Origin: a bacterium
GTDB lineage: Bacteria; Patescibacteriota; Minisyncoccia; CAIUEV01
Assembly (NCBI GenBank): GCA_021779915.1
Contig: JAJXZR010000029.1
Coordinates: 12,495 to 76,494, forward strand
Reading direction: 5' to 3'
Length of the DNA: 64,000 nt
Of this stretch, positions 1 through 9,214 are shown one piece after another. The translations under genes were made by a program, and so were the position numbers. Numbering within the stretch: position 1 is the stretch's first letter; each line of letters opens with the position of its first letter. The notes under the pieces are model-generated. The model did no database searches, was not told the DNA's origin, and was given only the letters and a program-made list of their open reading frames with translations.

Positions 1-546
1 CCACTTGCTGTTTTGGCTGTTTTGATTGTCTTAGTGGCGTTTTTAGTGGCGGTTTATAACGGGCTTATTAAGCTTCGAAACAAGACGGAGGAAGCCTGGT
101 CGGATATTGATGTTCAACTCAAGAGAAGGTATGACCTGATCCCTAATCTGGTTGAAACAGTAAAGGGTTATGCTAAACACGAAAACAAGACTTTTGAAGA
201 TATAGCGAATCTCAGAAGCCAAGCTATGCAAGCAAATACTCCTGCTGAGAAAGCTAAAGCTGACAACATGCTTTCAGACACGCTAAAGAGTCTTTTTGCG
301 GTAGTGGAGAATTATCCTGAGTTGAAGGCTAATCAAAATTTTATGGATCTTCAAAGTCAACTTTCTTCGATTGAAGAAACAATTCAGCAGTCAAGAAGAT
401 ATTATAACGGCAATGTCAGAGACTTCAACATCAAGCTCGAAACATTCCCCAACAATTTGGTTGCTGGTTCGTTCGGATTCAAAAAATTTGATTTTTTTGA
501 AGTAGCTGACGCCAAAGAAAAAGAAAATGTGAAAGTGGAATTCTAA
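1..546 (+). CDS. lemA: LemA family protein (true start probably upstream of window)
   Basis: N-terminal TM, then AWSDIDVQLKRRYDLIPNLVETVKGYAKHE and ENYPELKANQNF motifs; frame open from base 1. Confidence 0.93.
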   Translation, partial: PLAVLAVLIVLVAFLVAVYNGLIKLRNKTEEAWSDIDVQLKRRYDLIPNLVETVKGYAKHENKTFEDIANLRSQAMQANTPAEKAKADNMLSDTLKSLFAVVENYPELKANQNFMDLQSQLSSIEETIQQSRRYYNGNVRDFNIKLETFPNNLVAGSFGFKKFDFFEVADAKEKENVKVEF

Positions 547-550
547 AATG

Positions 551-660
551 TAGTTCATCAAGTTTTTCAAGTTTATCAAGTTCATAAAGTAAGAAATTTT
601 ACGAATTTTGGTAGACTATAAACTTGATAAACTTGATGAGCTTTATAACTTGATAAACTA
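551..660. repeat. Family A inverted element, (AGTTTATCA)n ... (TGATAAACT)n
   Basis: tagttcatcaagtttttcaagtttatcaag ... cttgataaacttgatgagctttataacttgataaacta fills the lemA-downstream gap. Confidence 0.85.
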
Positions 661-666
661 ATCCCC

Positions 667-1047
667 ATGCCCAAAGAAGACAAAAAAGAAGAAAAAGAAA
701 CTAAAAAGGAGGAAAAAATTGACGAAGCTCTGCAAAAAGACATTGAAGCCAACAAGGCTGTAACTTTTCTCAGCTATCTAGGAATTCTTGCACTCATCCC
801 CTTACTTGCTAACAAGGACAGTAAATTTGCCCAATTTCATGCTAAACAAGGCTTGATTCTTGCTCTTGCAGTTATTGTGGGAGTTTGGATCTCTGGATTA
901 ATTCCAGTTCTGGGTTGGATGATTTTGTCTCCTGCCATAAGTATTGGAGGAATTGTTCTTATGATTATGGGTCTTATTAATGTTGCTAACGGGGAAATGA
1001 AAGATCTTCCGATTATTGGCGATTTCTCAAAAAAAATAAAACTATAA
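667..1047 (+). CDS. DUF4870-like membrane protein
   Basis: LSYLGIL...FAQFHAKQG...GLINVANGEMKDLPIIG pattern, 3 TM. Confidence 0.75.
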   Translation: MPKEDKKEEKETKKEEKIDEALQKDIEANKAVTFLSYLGILALIPLLANKDSKFAQFHAKQGLILALAVIVGVWISGLIPVLGWMILSPAISIGGIVLMIMGLINVANGEMKDLPIIGDFSKKIKL

Positions 1048-1063
1048 TTTCAAAATTTAAAAA

Positions 1064-1462
1064 ATGGAAATTCCGTCGAACAAAACTCTTTATGTGATTG
1101 TTGGTGTTTTGGGTGTTGTTATAGTTGTCTTACTAATTGCTTTACTTATTTTAAAAAAACCTCAAGGAAGTAGTCTTTCTGAGGTGAATAAAATAAATAA
1201 TGTTACAGATCCTAATGCCGGGAAAACGTTAGAAGAACTTACCACAGCTCCTGATAACAGTTCCAATACAAATGATGCCCCTCAAACTAATGAAGAATTA
1301 CAAAAAATGATTTCTGCTCCTCCACCCAAAAATTCATCAGGAGAGAATAAAAATAAAGTGAAGACAGAAAACATTGGTACGGAACCTCTAAACATCCCAA
1401 AAGAAGAACAGTCAATGAGCAAAGAACTTCAAGACAGCCTGACAGCGCCGAGTCGGGAATAA
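1064..1462 (+). CDS. hypothetical protein, N-terminal TM anchor and low-complexity tail
   Basis: ORF track; hydrophobic residues 9-30. Confidence 0.7.
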   Translation: MEIPSNKTLYVIVGVLGVVIVVLLIALLILKKPQGSSLSEVNKINNVTDPNAGKTLEELTTAPDNSSNTNDAPQTNEELQKMISAPPPKNSSGENKNKVKTENIGTEPLNIPKEEQSMSKELQDSLTAPSRE

Positions 1463-1567
1463 AATAACTTGCATCATCCCGATTTGTATTCAAAACCTAT
1501 TTTTATTTTCTTTCTCTCGACTAAACTATTTATTCAGGCTAATCTTCGCTTAAAGTAAAGAAATTAA

Positions 1568-2626
1568 ATGAAAATTCCTGATTCTAAAACTATTGTTTCC
1601 ATTGATTCGAACACTATTTTTCGCACACTTTTGATCATTCTTCTGCTGTTTTTTTTGTATTATATTTCGGATGTTCTCATTATTATTTTCTTGTCTTTTA
1701 TTATTGTTTCCGCTATTGCTCCAGTGGTGGACTATTTAGAAAAATTCCGTCTTCCTCGAAGCGTAGTTACGCTTGCGATCTACGTTCTGGTTATTGGTGG
1801 GACGTTTTATATCCTCTCGCTTTTAGTTCCGGCGGTGGGGGAACAGCTGGGACAATTGGGTAACAATATTCCTCGTTACAGCCAGAGTCTGCATAATCTA
1901 GAAGAGCGAATTTTGAATTTTATGGGGAGTAAAGGAATTGCCGAGTCTCAGAGTAGCCAATTGCTGGTTAACTTGAGTAACAAACTTAACGAGGGGTGGT
2001 GGAACCTGTTTTCTCAAGCCGGATCTTTCTTGAGTGGCATAGTCAGTTTTATTGCCATTCTCTCTCTTTCCTTTTATTCTAGTATTCAAAAAAAGAATGT
2101 AGGCGAATTTTTACAAGCTTTTATTCCGGTTTCACATCGAGAATACGTGCTGACTTTGATGGATAGAATCCAGCAAAAAATTGGTTACTGGCTACTCGGG
2201 CAGATAATTCTTAATATAATTATCGGAGTGATGGTTTATATTGGACTCAGTTTGTTGGGAGTGCCCTATGCTTTGGTCTTGGCACTGCTCGCGGCAATTT
2301 TTGAGGTAGTTCCTTATGTTGGACCAATTCTTTCTTCAGTGGCAGGAATTCTTGTGGCTCTCAGTCTCGGTCCTGTGCAAGCTTTAGCTGTCCTTGTAAT
2401 GTACATTTTTGTCCAACAGCTAGAGAATCATTTAATTGTTCCTATGGTAATGAAACAAGCCGTGGGGCTCAATCCAGTCGCTGTCATTATTGCCATGCTC
2501 ATTGGGATGAAAGTTGCCGGACCTCTGGGACTGATTCTAGCTATTCCAGTTACAGCGGTAATAAGCGTGTTTTTGTCAGATTTGATTAAAGTGGAGAACA
2601 AAAGTGGGGTTGGGAGTGGGAAATAG
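1568..2626 (+). CDS. AI-2E (PerM) family transporter
   Basis: multi-TM; VPYVGP, QQLENHLIVP, GLNPV motifs. Confidence 0.9.
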   Translation: MKIPDSKTIVSIDSNTIFRTLLIILLLFFLYYISDVLIIIFLSFIIVSAIAPVVDYLEKFRLPRSVVTLAIYVLVIGGTFYILSLLVPAVGEQLGQLGNNIPRYSQSLHNLEERILNFMGSKGIAESQSSQLLVNLSNKLNEGWWNLFSQAGSFLSGIVSFIAILSLSFYSSIQKKNVGEFLQAFIPVSHREYVLTLMDRIQQKIGYWLLGQIILNIIIGVMVYIGLSLLGVPYALVLALLAAIFEVVPYVGPILSSVAGILVALSLGPVQALAVLVMYIFVQQLENHLIVPMVMKQAVGLNPVAVIIAMLIGMKVAGPLGLILAIPVTAVISVFLSDLIKVENKSGVGSGK

Positions 2627-2641
2627 ATGTCCTTTTTATAA

Positions 2642-2769
2642 TAATTTTCAATTTCACAATTTTATAATTTTCAAACAAACACAACTATCTATATTATATT
2701 TTCTAGAAGAAGATAGTCCGTTTTTAAAATTGAAAAATTAAGGAATTGGAAATTAGAAATTGGAAATTA
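2642..2769. repeat. Family B inverted element, (AATTTTC)n ... (GAAAATT/GAAATTG)n
   Basis: taattttcaatttcacaattttataattttcaaac ... aattggaaattagaaattggaaatta. Confidence 0.7.
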
Positions 2770-2845
2770 GGTATACAATTTAAATCTCTAAACTTGAAAT
2801 ACAAAAAAGCAAATTTTTCTATACTCAAATTAATCAACTATTTCT

Positions 2846-4000
2846 ATGCGTACTTCCTATTCTTCTCTCAACAATTTTAAAACCTGCCCTCTTAAATATA
2901 AATACAAGGAAATTGACAAAATCAAAGGGAAACAAACCGCAATCCTCGCTTTTGGGAATTTGATGCATAAAACGCTCCGGTTTATTTACACTCCCACTGC
3001 TCATGGTTTTCCTACTAAAGAAGAAGCGATAAATTTTTTCGGACAGAATTGGAAACAGGAAATTTTAATCAAGGAAGGTGAAGAAAAAGGGTATTTTGAA
3101 GACGGGATCAAAATTTTGAGCAACTATATTGATTCCAAAGACGATGCGGAGAGAAACCAAGTGATTGCGCTTGAACACCATTTCAACATTAAAATCGGAG
3201 AACACGACTTGGAAGGATTTATTGACCGAATAGACAGAACTAAAGAAGGTTTTGAGATTATTGATTACAAAACCAGCCAAAAAATTCCCCCTGAAAAAGA
3301 AATTGAGAATGACTTGCAACTCAGTATCTATCTGCGAGCGTTCATCAATGAATGGCCTTCCCTCTTCAAAGAAGTCAAAGAAACTGACAAAATCAAACTA
3401 ACTCTCTATTTTTTGAGACACGACATAAAACTCTCGGCTACTCGAACTAAAAAAGATTTAAAAGATATCGACGAGAAAATTACCGAGCTTATTAATGCAG
3501 TTGAGGAGGCAAAAAAAAATAATAAATTTGATCCGTTCCCTTCTAATCTTTGTGGTTGGTGTGATTATCAGGAAATATGTCCTGTTTGGTCGCACAAATT
3601 CAAACCCGTTTCAAAGGAGCTTGAGGAAAAAGAAATTCAAGAAATAAGTCAAAAGTTTATCAGTCTGCGAGCCAAGAAAAAAGAAATCGAAGGGGAAATC
3701 AGAGAAGTTCAAGAAAAAATTAACAAGTATTTTACCGATACCAAATTGGAGCAGTTTTTCACGGATTTTGGAAGCATTTTAAAGTCGCCTCGCAAAACTT
3801 ACTCTTACAATCCAATCAAGATAGCTGAAATAATAAGACAAATAGGCAAAGACCCGATTTCAGTTATGAAAGTGGACTCTCGGGCTTTAACCGGTCTGAA
3901 AGCAGGATTAGAAAGAGAACAAAAAAAGATGATTGAAGAGGCGAAAGAGTTGGAGAGAGAAGGGTTTGTATTGGTGGTGAAGGGGGATAAGAAAGTTTAA
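2846..4000 (+). CDS. PD-(D/E)XK RecB/AddB-like nuclease with probable Fe-S cysteines
   Basis: SYSSLNNFKTCP, GFIDRID, IIDYKT, QLSIY, CGWCDYQEICP. Confidence 0.88.
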   Translation: MRTSYSSLNNFKTCPLKYKYKEIDKIKGKQTAILAFGNLMHKTLRFIYTPTAHGFPTKEEAINFFGQNWKQEILIKEGEEKGYFEDGIKILSNYIDSKDDAERNQVIALEHHFNIKIGEHDLEGFIDRIDRTKEGFEIIDYKTSQKIPPEKEIENDLQLSIYLRAFINEWPSLFKEVKETDKIKLTLYFLRHDIKLSATRTKKDLKDIDEKITELINAVEEAKKNNKFDPFPSNLCGWCDYQEICPVWSHKFKPVSKELEEKEIQEISQKFISLRAKKKEIEGEIREVQEKINKYFTDTKLEQFFTDFGSILKSPRKTYSYNPIKIAEIIRQIGKDPISVMKVDSRALTGLKAGLEREQKKMIEEAKELEREGFVLVVKGDKKV

Positions 4001-4098
4001 AATGGAAAAATCAAAATGGAAAATTGTGGAGTCACTTTGCGACAATCAAATGTCACCTTTGGCGACACCGCAATTTTACATTTTGATTTTTCCATTTT
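3999..4098. repeat. Family C-like inverted element with GTCRCC-hairpin core
   Basis: aaaatggaaaaatcaaaatg ... cattttgatttttccatttt exactly between two convergent stop codons. Confidence 0.85.
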
Positions 4099-5187
4099 TC
4101 ATTCTCTGATGTGCAGATTCTGTCCGCATTTGAAACAACCTCCGTTTTCGTCGAAGCGGTCAATTTGGTAATTTCTTCTTTCAATATTGATGGCTTTGCA
4201 GTGGGGACAGATTGTGTTGGCGAGGTTTGTGATTGATGCGTAGACAAATTTCAATCCTTCTTTTTTGCCTATTTCATAGGCTTTTTTTATTTCTTCTTCG
4301 CTAGTTTTTTGCCAGCTTTGCATTTGCCAGGAAATTTCGGGAGAAAAGTCGAGGAGATGCCAAGGGGTGGTTCTAGAAAGCTTATTTTTAATGAAAGAGG
4401 CGATTCCTCGGAGCATATTTTCGTTGTTGGAAAACTTCGGAATTATTAAAGTGGTAACTTCTAAGTGAATATCAGATTCTTTTATTTTAATTAGATTGGC
4501 AAGAACTCGAGAGAGTTTTCCTTTTGGATGCGACTGATAAAATCTTTGATCAAAAGATTTTAAATCCACATTCATGGCATCAATGTAAGGAAAAATCTCT
4601 TCCCGGGCAGAATCGGAAAAAAATCCGTTGGTAATCCACACGTTCTTAATTTTAGCTTTTTTAGCCAGTTTCATTACATCCATTACAAACTCAATAGATA
4701 TCGTTGGTTCGTTGTAAGTGTAAGCGATTCCTATACAATTATTTTCCACTGCTTGATTCACTATTTCGGCGGGGGAAATGTCGGAAAAATTTTCCAGGAT
4801 AGAATTTAAAGATTCTGGTTTTGTATGGACTAGAGAGGAAGTTTGAGAAATTTGCCAGTTATGGCAGTTGGGACAACGGAAGTTGCATCCAAAACTTCCA
4901 AAAGAAAGGAGGTTTTCGCCCGGAAAAAAATGGTAAAGAGGTTTTTTTTCAACAGGATCGACGGCAAGGCTGGTAACTTTGCCATAAGTAAGAGAATAAA
5001 GAATCCCATTTATATTAGTTCTTGTTCCGCAAAATCCCATATTTTCTTTTTTTAGGTAAGGAAAAATAGAAAGATTCGGGCTTCCCTTTGCTGGTAAAAT
5101 AACACACTTATGCTCGCAAAGATCACACCTCACAGCTCCAGCGTTTAATTTTTCATATAGAATCGCTTCTTTAAAAATATTTTTCAT
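4099..5187 (-). CDS. AmmeMemoRadiSam system radical SAM enzyme (PFL-activase-like)
   Basis: DPVEKKPLYHF, GCNFRCPNCHNWQISQ, AYTYNEP; ATG at 5187 preferred over 5220, which overlaps murA. Confidence 0.88.
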   Translation of the reverse strand: MKNIFKEAILYEKLNAGAVRCDLCEHKCVILPAKGSPNLSIFPYLKKENMGFCGTRTNINGILYSLTYGKVTSLAVDPVEKKPLYHFFPGENLLSFGSFGCNFRCPNCHNWQISQTSSLVHTKPESLNSILENFSDISPAEIVNQAVENNCIGIAYTYNEPTISIEFVMDVMKLAKKAKIKNVWITNGFFSDSAREEIFPYIDAMNVDLKSFDQRFYQSHPKGKLSRVLANLIKIKESDIHLEVTTLIIPKFSNNENMLRGIASFIKNKLSRTTPWHLLDFSPEISWQMQSWQKTSEEEIKKAYEIGKKEGLKFVYASITNLANTICPHCKAINIERRNYQIDRFDENGGCFKCGQNLHIRE

Positions 5188-5206
5188 ATTTGTTTTGATA
5201 AAAATC

Positions 5207-6478
5207 TTAATTTCTTTCAATCTCCACTCCGATTCCCTTCAATCTTGTATCAATATCTGCATATCCCCTCTCGATCTGGTATATGTTGTCAATTACGGTT
5301 TCGCCTTCAGCGATTGATCCAGCAAGAACCAAAGCTATTCCTGCCCGAATATCGGGGCTGGCCAGTTTTTTACCGATCAAAGGAGTAGGTCCTTGAACCA
5401 CAATCCGATGCGGGTCGCACATAATTATTTTCGCTCCCATCTGGGAAAGATTGTCGGTAAAGAATAGTCGACCATCAAAAATCGGCTCATGGATGAGGCT
5501 TATTCCCTGGGCTTGGGTCATGAGAACCGTATAGGGCGGTTGATAGTCCGTTGCAAAACCAGGATATTCGTGAGTCATAATATTGTTACTCCCAAGCTCT
5601 TTATAAGGTAAACTAGTAACATAATTTTTGTTCTTCTCAATTTTTACTCCCGATTTTTGAAGCATATTGATAAGAGCCTCAATAAGGCTGGGATCACATT
5701 TTGAGATCTTTAATTTGGTTTTGTGGAGAGCTCCTAAAATCAAAAAGGTAGCCGCTTCTATCCGATCAGGAATGATTTTGGTTTCTCCTCCTCTCAATCT
5801 TTCTACTCCTCTAACTTGAATTTCTGATGTTCCGACTCCTTTTATTTTCGCTCCGCATTTGTTGAGAAAATTACATAAAGCAATAATTTCTGGCTCTAAA
5901 GCACAATTTTTTAAAATTGTTTTTCCCCGAGCCAAGACCGATGCGATAATAAGTGCCTCAGTTGCCGTAACACTTATTCTGGGAAAAAAGAATTCCCCTC
6001 CTTTCAATCGACCGCCTTTGGCCTTGAGATTGATCATCTCTTCGTCTCCCGAGACATCCGCCCCCAACTCTTTAAAGCCTTCCAGAAAGATATCAACGGG
6101 TCTCTTGCCAAGAACACAACCGCCTGGATGATAAAAGCTCACTTTGCCGAAACGTGAAAGTAAAGCGGCTGCCAAAACAATAGAGGTTCGAATAGTGCTT
6201 GATTTCTGAGGATCAAGTTTAGTAGTGGTAATATTTTTTGCATTAACGTAGACTGTTTCTTTTTCTCTTTTCACTTCTACTCCAATGGAAACAAGTAACT
6301 CTTCTTTTCTTCGGACATCCTCAATAAGGGGGATATTGGTTATTTTTACCGTTTTATCAGTCAAAACTGTAGCGGCCAAGACTTTCAGAGCATGGTTCTT
6401 CGCCCCCCTAACCGCAATTTCTCCTCCAACATCGGTTGATTTTTTAATAATAAAACGAGCGTTGTTTTCTTGTTGCAT
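5207..6478 (-). CDS. murA: UDP-N-acetylglucosamine 1-carboxyvinyltransferase
   Basis: GAKN, PGGCVLGKRP, PDRIEA, YPGFATD, DIRAG, IERGY. Confidence 0.96.
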   Translation of the reverse strand: MQQENNARFIIKKSTDVGGEIAVRGAKNHALKVLAATVLTDKTVKITNIPLIEDVRRKEELLVSIGVEVKREKETVYVNAKNITTTKLDPQKSSTIRTSIVLAAALLSRFGKVSFYHPGGCVLGKRPVDIFLEGFKELGADVSGDEEMINLKAKGGRLKGGEFFFPRISVTATEALIIASVLARGKTILKNCALEPEIIALCNFLNKCGAKIKGVGTSEIQVRGVERLRGGETKIIPDRIEAATFLILGALHKTKLKISKCDPSLIEALINMLQKSGVKIEKNKNYVTSLPYKELGSNNIMTHEYPGFATDYQPPYTVLMTQAQGISLIHEPIFDGRLFFTDNLSQMGAKIIMCDPHRIVVQGPTPLIGKKLASPDIRAGIALVLAGSIAEGETVIDNIYQIERGYADIDTRLKGIGVEIERN

Positions 6479-6564
6479 AATATTAAGCTGTGAAGATTTA
6501 AAATGCTTTTTATAGAGTTTGGCACTGTTTTTAAACTAGCCAAATAAAAATAAAAATTTTCTCC

Positions 6565-7107
6565 TTACACTTGTTTCTCCTCTCCTTCCGTCGTCACCCT
6601 TCCTCCTTGCCACTGACCTCGATAAAGGTTTGTTTCACCTTTAACTTCTTGGAAAGTAATATGAACAATTCTTGATCCAAGGGCAATTTTAATATTTTTC
6701 CCTCCAAGGTTACAGAGAGCAAAAGTCAGTTTTCCTTGATAGCCAGGAGAAACGGCACCATTAAAAAGTGCAATTCCCGAGCGAAAAAGAGTGGTACGTG
6801 AAACGATGAAAGCAATGAGATCCTGAGGTAAATTAACTGATTCTACGGTAGTAATGAGATAATATTTTCCAGGGTTAAATTCAAAAAAAGTTTCCTCACT
6901 TCCTTCTTTAAACTCCGCTATTTTTTTTAAATCGGGAGTATCACGATTCTCAACCCCTAAAAACCCGCTTCCCTCTAATTCATAAATCTCACCCATTCGA
7001 AGGTCAAAACCCGCTCCCTCGGGATTACTAAGTTCTCTCTCACAAAGCCCTTCCACTAATTTTTTTTCTTTTACTAGTTGTAATAAGCTATCAACACCGA
7101 GAATCAT
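6565..7107 (-). CDS. dcd: dCTP deaminase (dUTPase superfamily)
   Basis: AGFDLR, SRTTLFRSG, PGYQGKLT, YRGQWQG. Confidence 0.8.
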   Translation of the reverse strand: MILGVDSLLQLVKEKKLVEGLCERELSNPEGAGFDLRMGEIYELEGSGFLGVENRDTPDLKKIAEFKEGSEETFFEFNPGKYYLITTVESVNLPQDLIAFIVSRTTLFRSGIALFNGAVSPGYQGKLTFALCNLGGKNIKIALGSRIVHITFQEVKGETNLYRGQWQGGRVTTEGEEKQV

Positions 7108-7207
7108 GATTCTTATTTAAGATTTAGATTACTTAGTTATTAAATAATAGATTTATAGGGAGGCAAAGGATACCTAATTTTATACATTCCAAACAAGATG
7201 GGGCTAT

Positions 7208-7254
7208 GGTCTATGCATAATCCCGGATCAAATCTGGGATTATGCATAGAACCG
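7208..7254. repeat. single hairpin with degenerate R-type loop in divergent dcd/gatB gap
   Basis: ctatgcataatccc-ggatcaaatct-gggattatgcatag, 14-bp perfect stem. Confidence 0.7.
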
Positions 7255-7347
7255 TAATTTTCTTTGCAAATTGAAAAATATATCCTTTTTTGAACAATTA
7301 ATATATTTATTATAGCTTAAATAGGTCTAATCGAAGTAACTCCAAAA

Positions 7348-8838
7348 ATGGAAAAACAACCAAGTTGGAAAGTCATAATTGGAATGGAAGTACATGTTCA
7401 GCCAAAAACGGAAAGCAAGATGTTTTGCGAGTGCAAAAACGATCCTTTTTGCAAAGATCCGAATATTCACACTTGTCCGGTGTGTATGGCTCTGCCAGGA
7501 AGTTTGCCGGTGGCTAATGAAAAAGCGATTGAAGAAATTATCAAGCTGGGGGTCGCTCTCAATTCAAAAATAGCTTCTTATAGTTGTTTTGCCAGAAAAA
7601 GTTATTTTTATCCCGATCTCCCCAAGGGTTATCAAATCAGTCAATACGATAAGCCATTTTGTCAGGGAGGAGAACTTTCTGTAAACGGTAAAAAGATTAA
7701 AATCACCCGTATTCATCTGGAAGAAGATGCAGGAAAAAATTTCCATCCCAAAGGAACCGATTACACTCTGGTAGATCTAAACAGAGCCGGTGTGCCACTT
7801 ATTGAGCTGGTAACCGAACCGGATATCGAAAGTGCTGAAGAAGCCAAGCTTTTTTGTCAGGAATTGCAATTAGTTTTGCGCTACTTAAAAATTTCCGATG
7901 CTGATATGGAAAAAGGTCAGATGCGGTGCGAAGCCAACATTTCTTTAGTTCCGAAGGGAACTTTAGAGAAGGACAAGCTTTCTGGAACCAAAGTCGAAGT
8001 TAAAAATCTCAATTCTTTTAAAGCGGTGGAGAGAAGTATTGAATTTGAAATAAAAAGACAATCAAGAATTCTCGAAAGAGGAGAGAAAGTGGTAGCGGAA
8101 ACTCGCGGTTGGAGCGAAGGAAAACAAGGAACAGTGAGTCAAAGGAGCAAGGAGGAAGCCAGTGAATACCGCTACTTCCCCGAACCCGACCTGCCTCCTA
8201 TTCTTGTTGATCCGAAGGACGTTGAAAAACTGAGAGATAATTTACCCGAGCTTCCCCAAGAATTTAGAAAAAGGCTGAGAGACGAATATAAACTGGCTCC
8301 AAGCGCAATCGAGGCTTTTACTTGCGATAAAAACTTGGGAAACTATTTTGAAGAGGCTGGGAGTGAACTTCGCGCCTGGTGGGAAGATACTTCCAAAGAA
8401 AAGTTTTCTAAAGATATTTATCAACTACTCGCTAATTACTTGATAACGGAAATTAAAAAATATTTAAGTGTCAGCAAAACAGACATAAAAGATCTTCTGG
8501 TTACTCCTGAAAATCTAGCAGAGCTCATTGTTATGCTTTATGAAAACAAAATAAACTCTTCTGCCGCTCAAACCATTCTAGCAAAAATGCTTGAAAAGGG
8601 AAGCGACCCAGATCAGATTGCTAAAGAATTGGATCTTCTTCAAATATCCGACAATAGCGCACTCACAGAAATTGTAGAAAAGGTTTTAAGCAATAATCCT
8701 CAAGCTATTGAGGATCTAAAAAGCGGTAAGGAACAAATTTTACAATACCTCATCGGCCAAGTAATGAAAGAAACCAGAGGAAAAGCCAACCCAAAAGTTG
8801 TGGATGATATGATCAGAGAGAAGATATTTGGAAAATAG
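7348..8838 (+). CDS. gatB: Asp/Glu-tRNA amidotransferase subunit B
   Basis: IGMEVHVQ, RKSYFYPDLPKGYQISQ, EVKNLNS, YRYFPEPDL. Confidence 0.97.
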   Translation: MEKQPSWKVIIGMEVHVQPKTESKMFCECKNDPFCKDPNIHTCPVCMALPGSLPVANEKAIEEIIKLGVALNSKIASYSCFARKSYFYPDLPKGYQISQYDKPFCQGGELSVNGKKIKITRIHLEEDAGKNFHPKGTDYTLVDLNRAGVPLIELVTEPDIESAEEAKLFCQELQLVLRYLKISDADMEKGQMRCEANISLVPKGTLEKDKLSGTKVEVKNLNSFKAVERSIEFEIKRQSRILERGEKVVAETRGWSEGKQGTVSQRSKEEASEYRYFPEPDLPPILVDPKDVEKLRDNLPELPQEFRKRLRDEYKLAPSAIEAFTCDKNLGNYFEEAGSELRAWWEDTSKEKFSKDIYQLLANYLITEIKKYLSVSKTDIKDLLVTPENLAELIVMLYENKINSSAAQTILAKMLEKGSDPDQIAKELDLLQISDNSALTEIVEKVLSNNPQAIEDLKSGKEQILQYLIGQVMKETRGKANPKVVDDMIREKIFGK

Positions 8839-8851
8839 AGGCTGTTTTTCT

Positions 8852-8924
8852 GGGCTCGTAGCTTAGTTGGTAGAGCGCCGCGTTTGCAACGCGGAGGTCA
8901 GGGGTTCGAATCCCCTCGAGTCCA
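8852..8924 (+). tRNA. tRNA-Ala(TGC), CCA not encoded
   Basis: cloverleaf GGGCTCG/CGAGTCC with G3:U70; anticodon arm ccgcg-tttgcaa-cgcgg; GGTTCGAATCC T-arm. Confidence 0.96.
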
Positions 8925-8953
8925 CTAGAGGAAGAGCGGTCGCCTGAGGCGAC

Positions 8954-8984
8954 AGGTCAGGGGTTCGAATCCCCTCGAGTCCAC
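8954..8984 (+). repeat. exact 31-bp direct repeat of the tRNA-Ala 3' end (att-like)
   Basis: aggtcaggggttcgaatcccctcgagtccac at 8895-8925 and 8954-8984. Confidence 0.92.
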
Positions 8985-9088
8985 ACAGCCTCTAAACAAA
9001 CAAGGACAATTTTTAAAACTCTAAAGAACTTTAACAATTTGGAAGTCTGAAAAGGAAAAGTAGACTCTAAAATCTCAACAAGACATCG

Positions 9089-9121
9089 ACACCAGCTTAA
9101 ATTAGGCTGGTGTTTATTTTT
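9089..9121 (+). terminator. putative intrinsic terminator
   Basis: acaccagcttaa/ttaggctggtgt stem followed by T-rich run. Confidence 0.55.
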
Positions 9122-9214
9122 CTCTTGACAAGATTGTTATTATATCTAAACTAAACAGTTCTATTAAATTAGGAAAAGCACTTTAAAAATTAGAAAAATG
9201 GGAGGTAACGATTT

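Noticed and set aside
2846-4000. PD-(D/E)XK nuclease as Cas4 or as the mobiliser of the repeats
   Set aside because: No CRISPR context; it is flanked by two different complete elements rather than enclosed by one arm pair, like most genes here.
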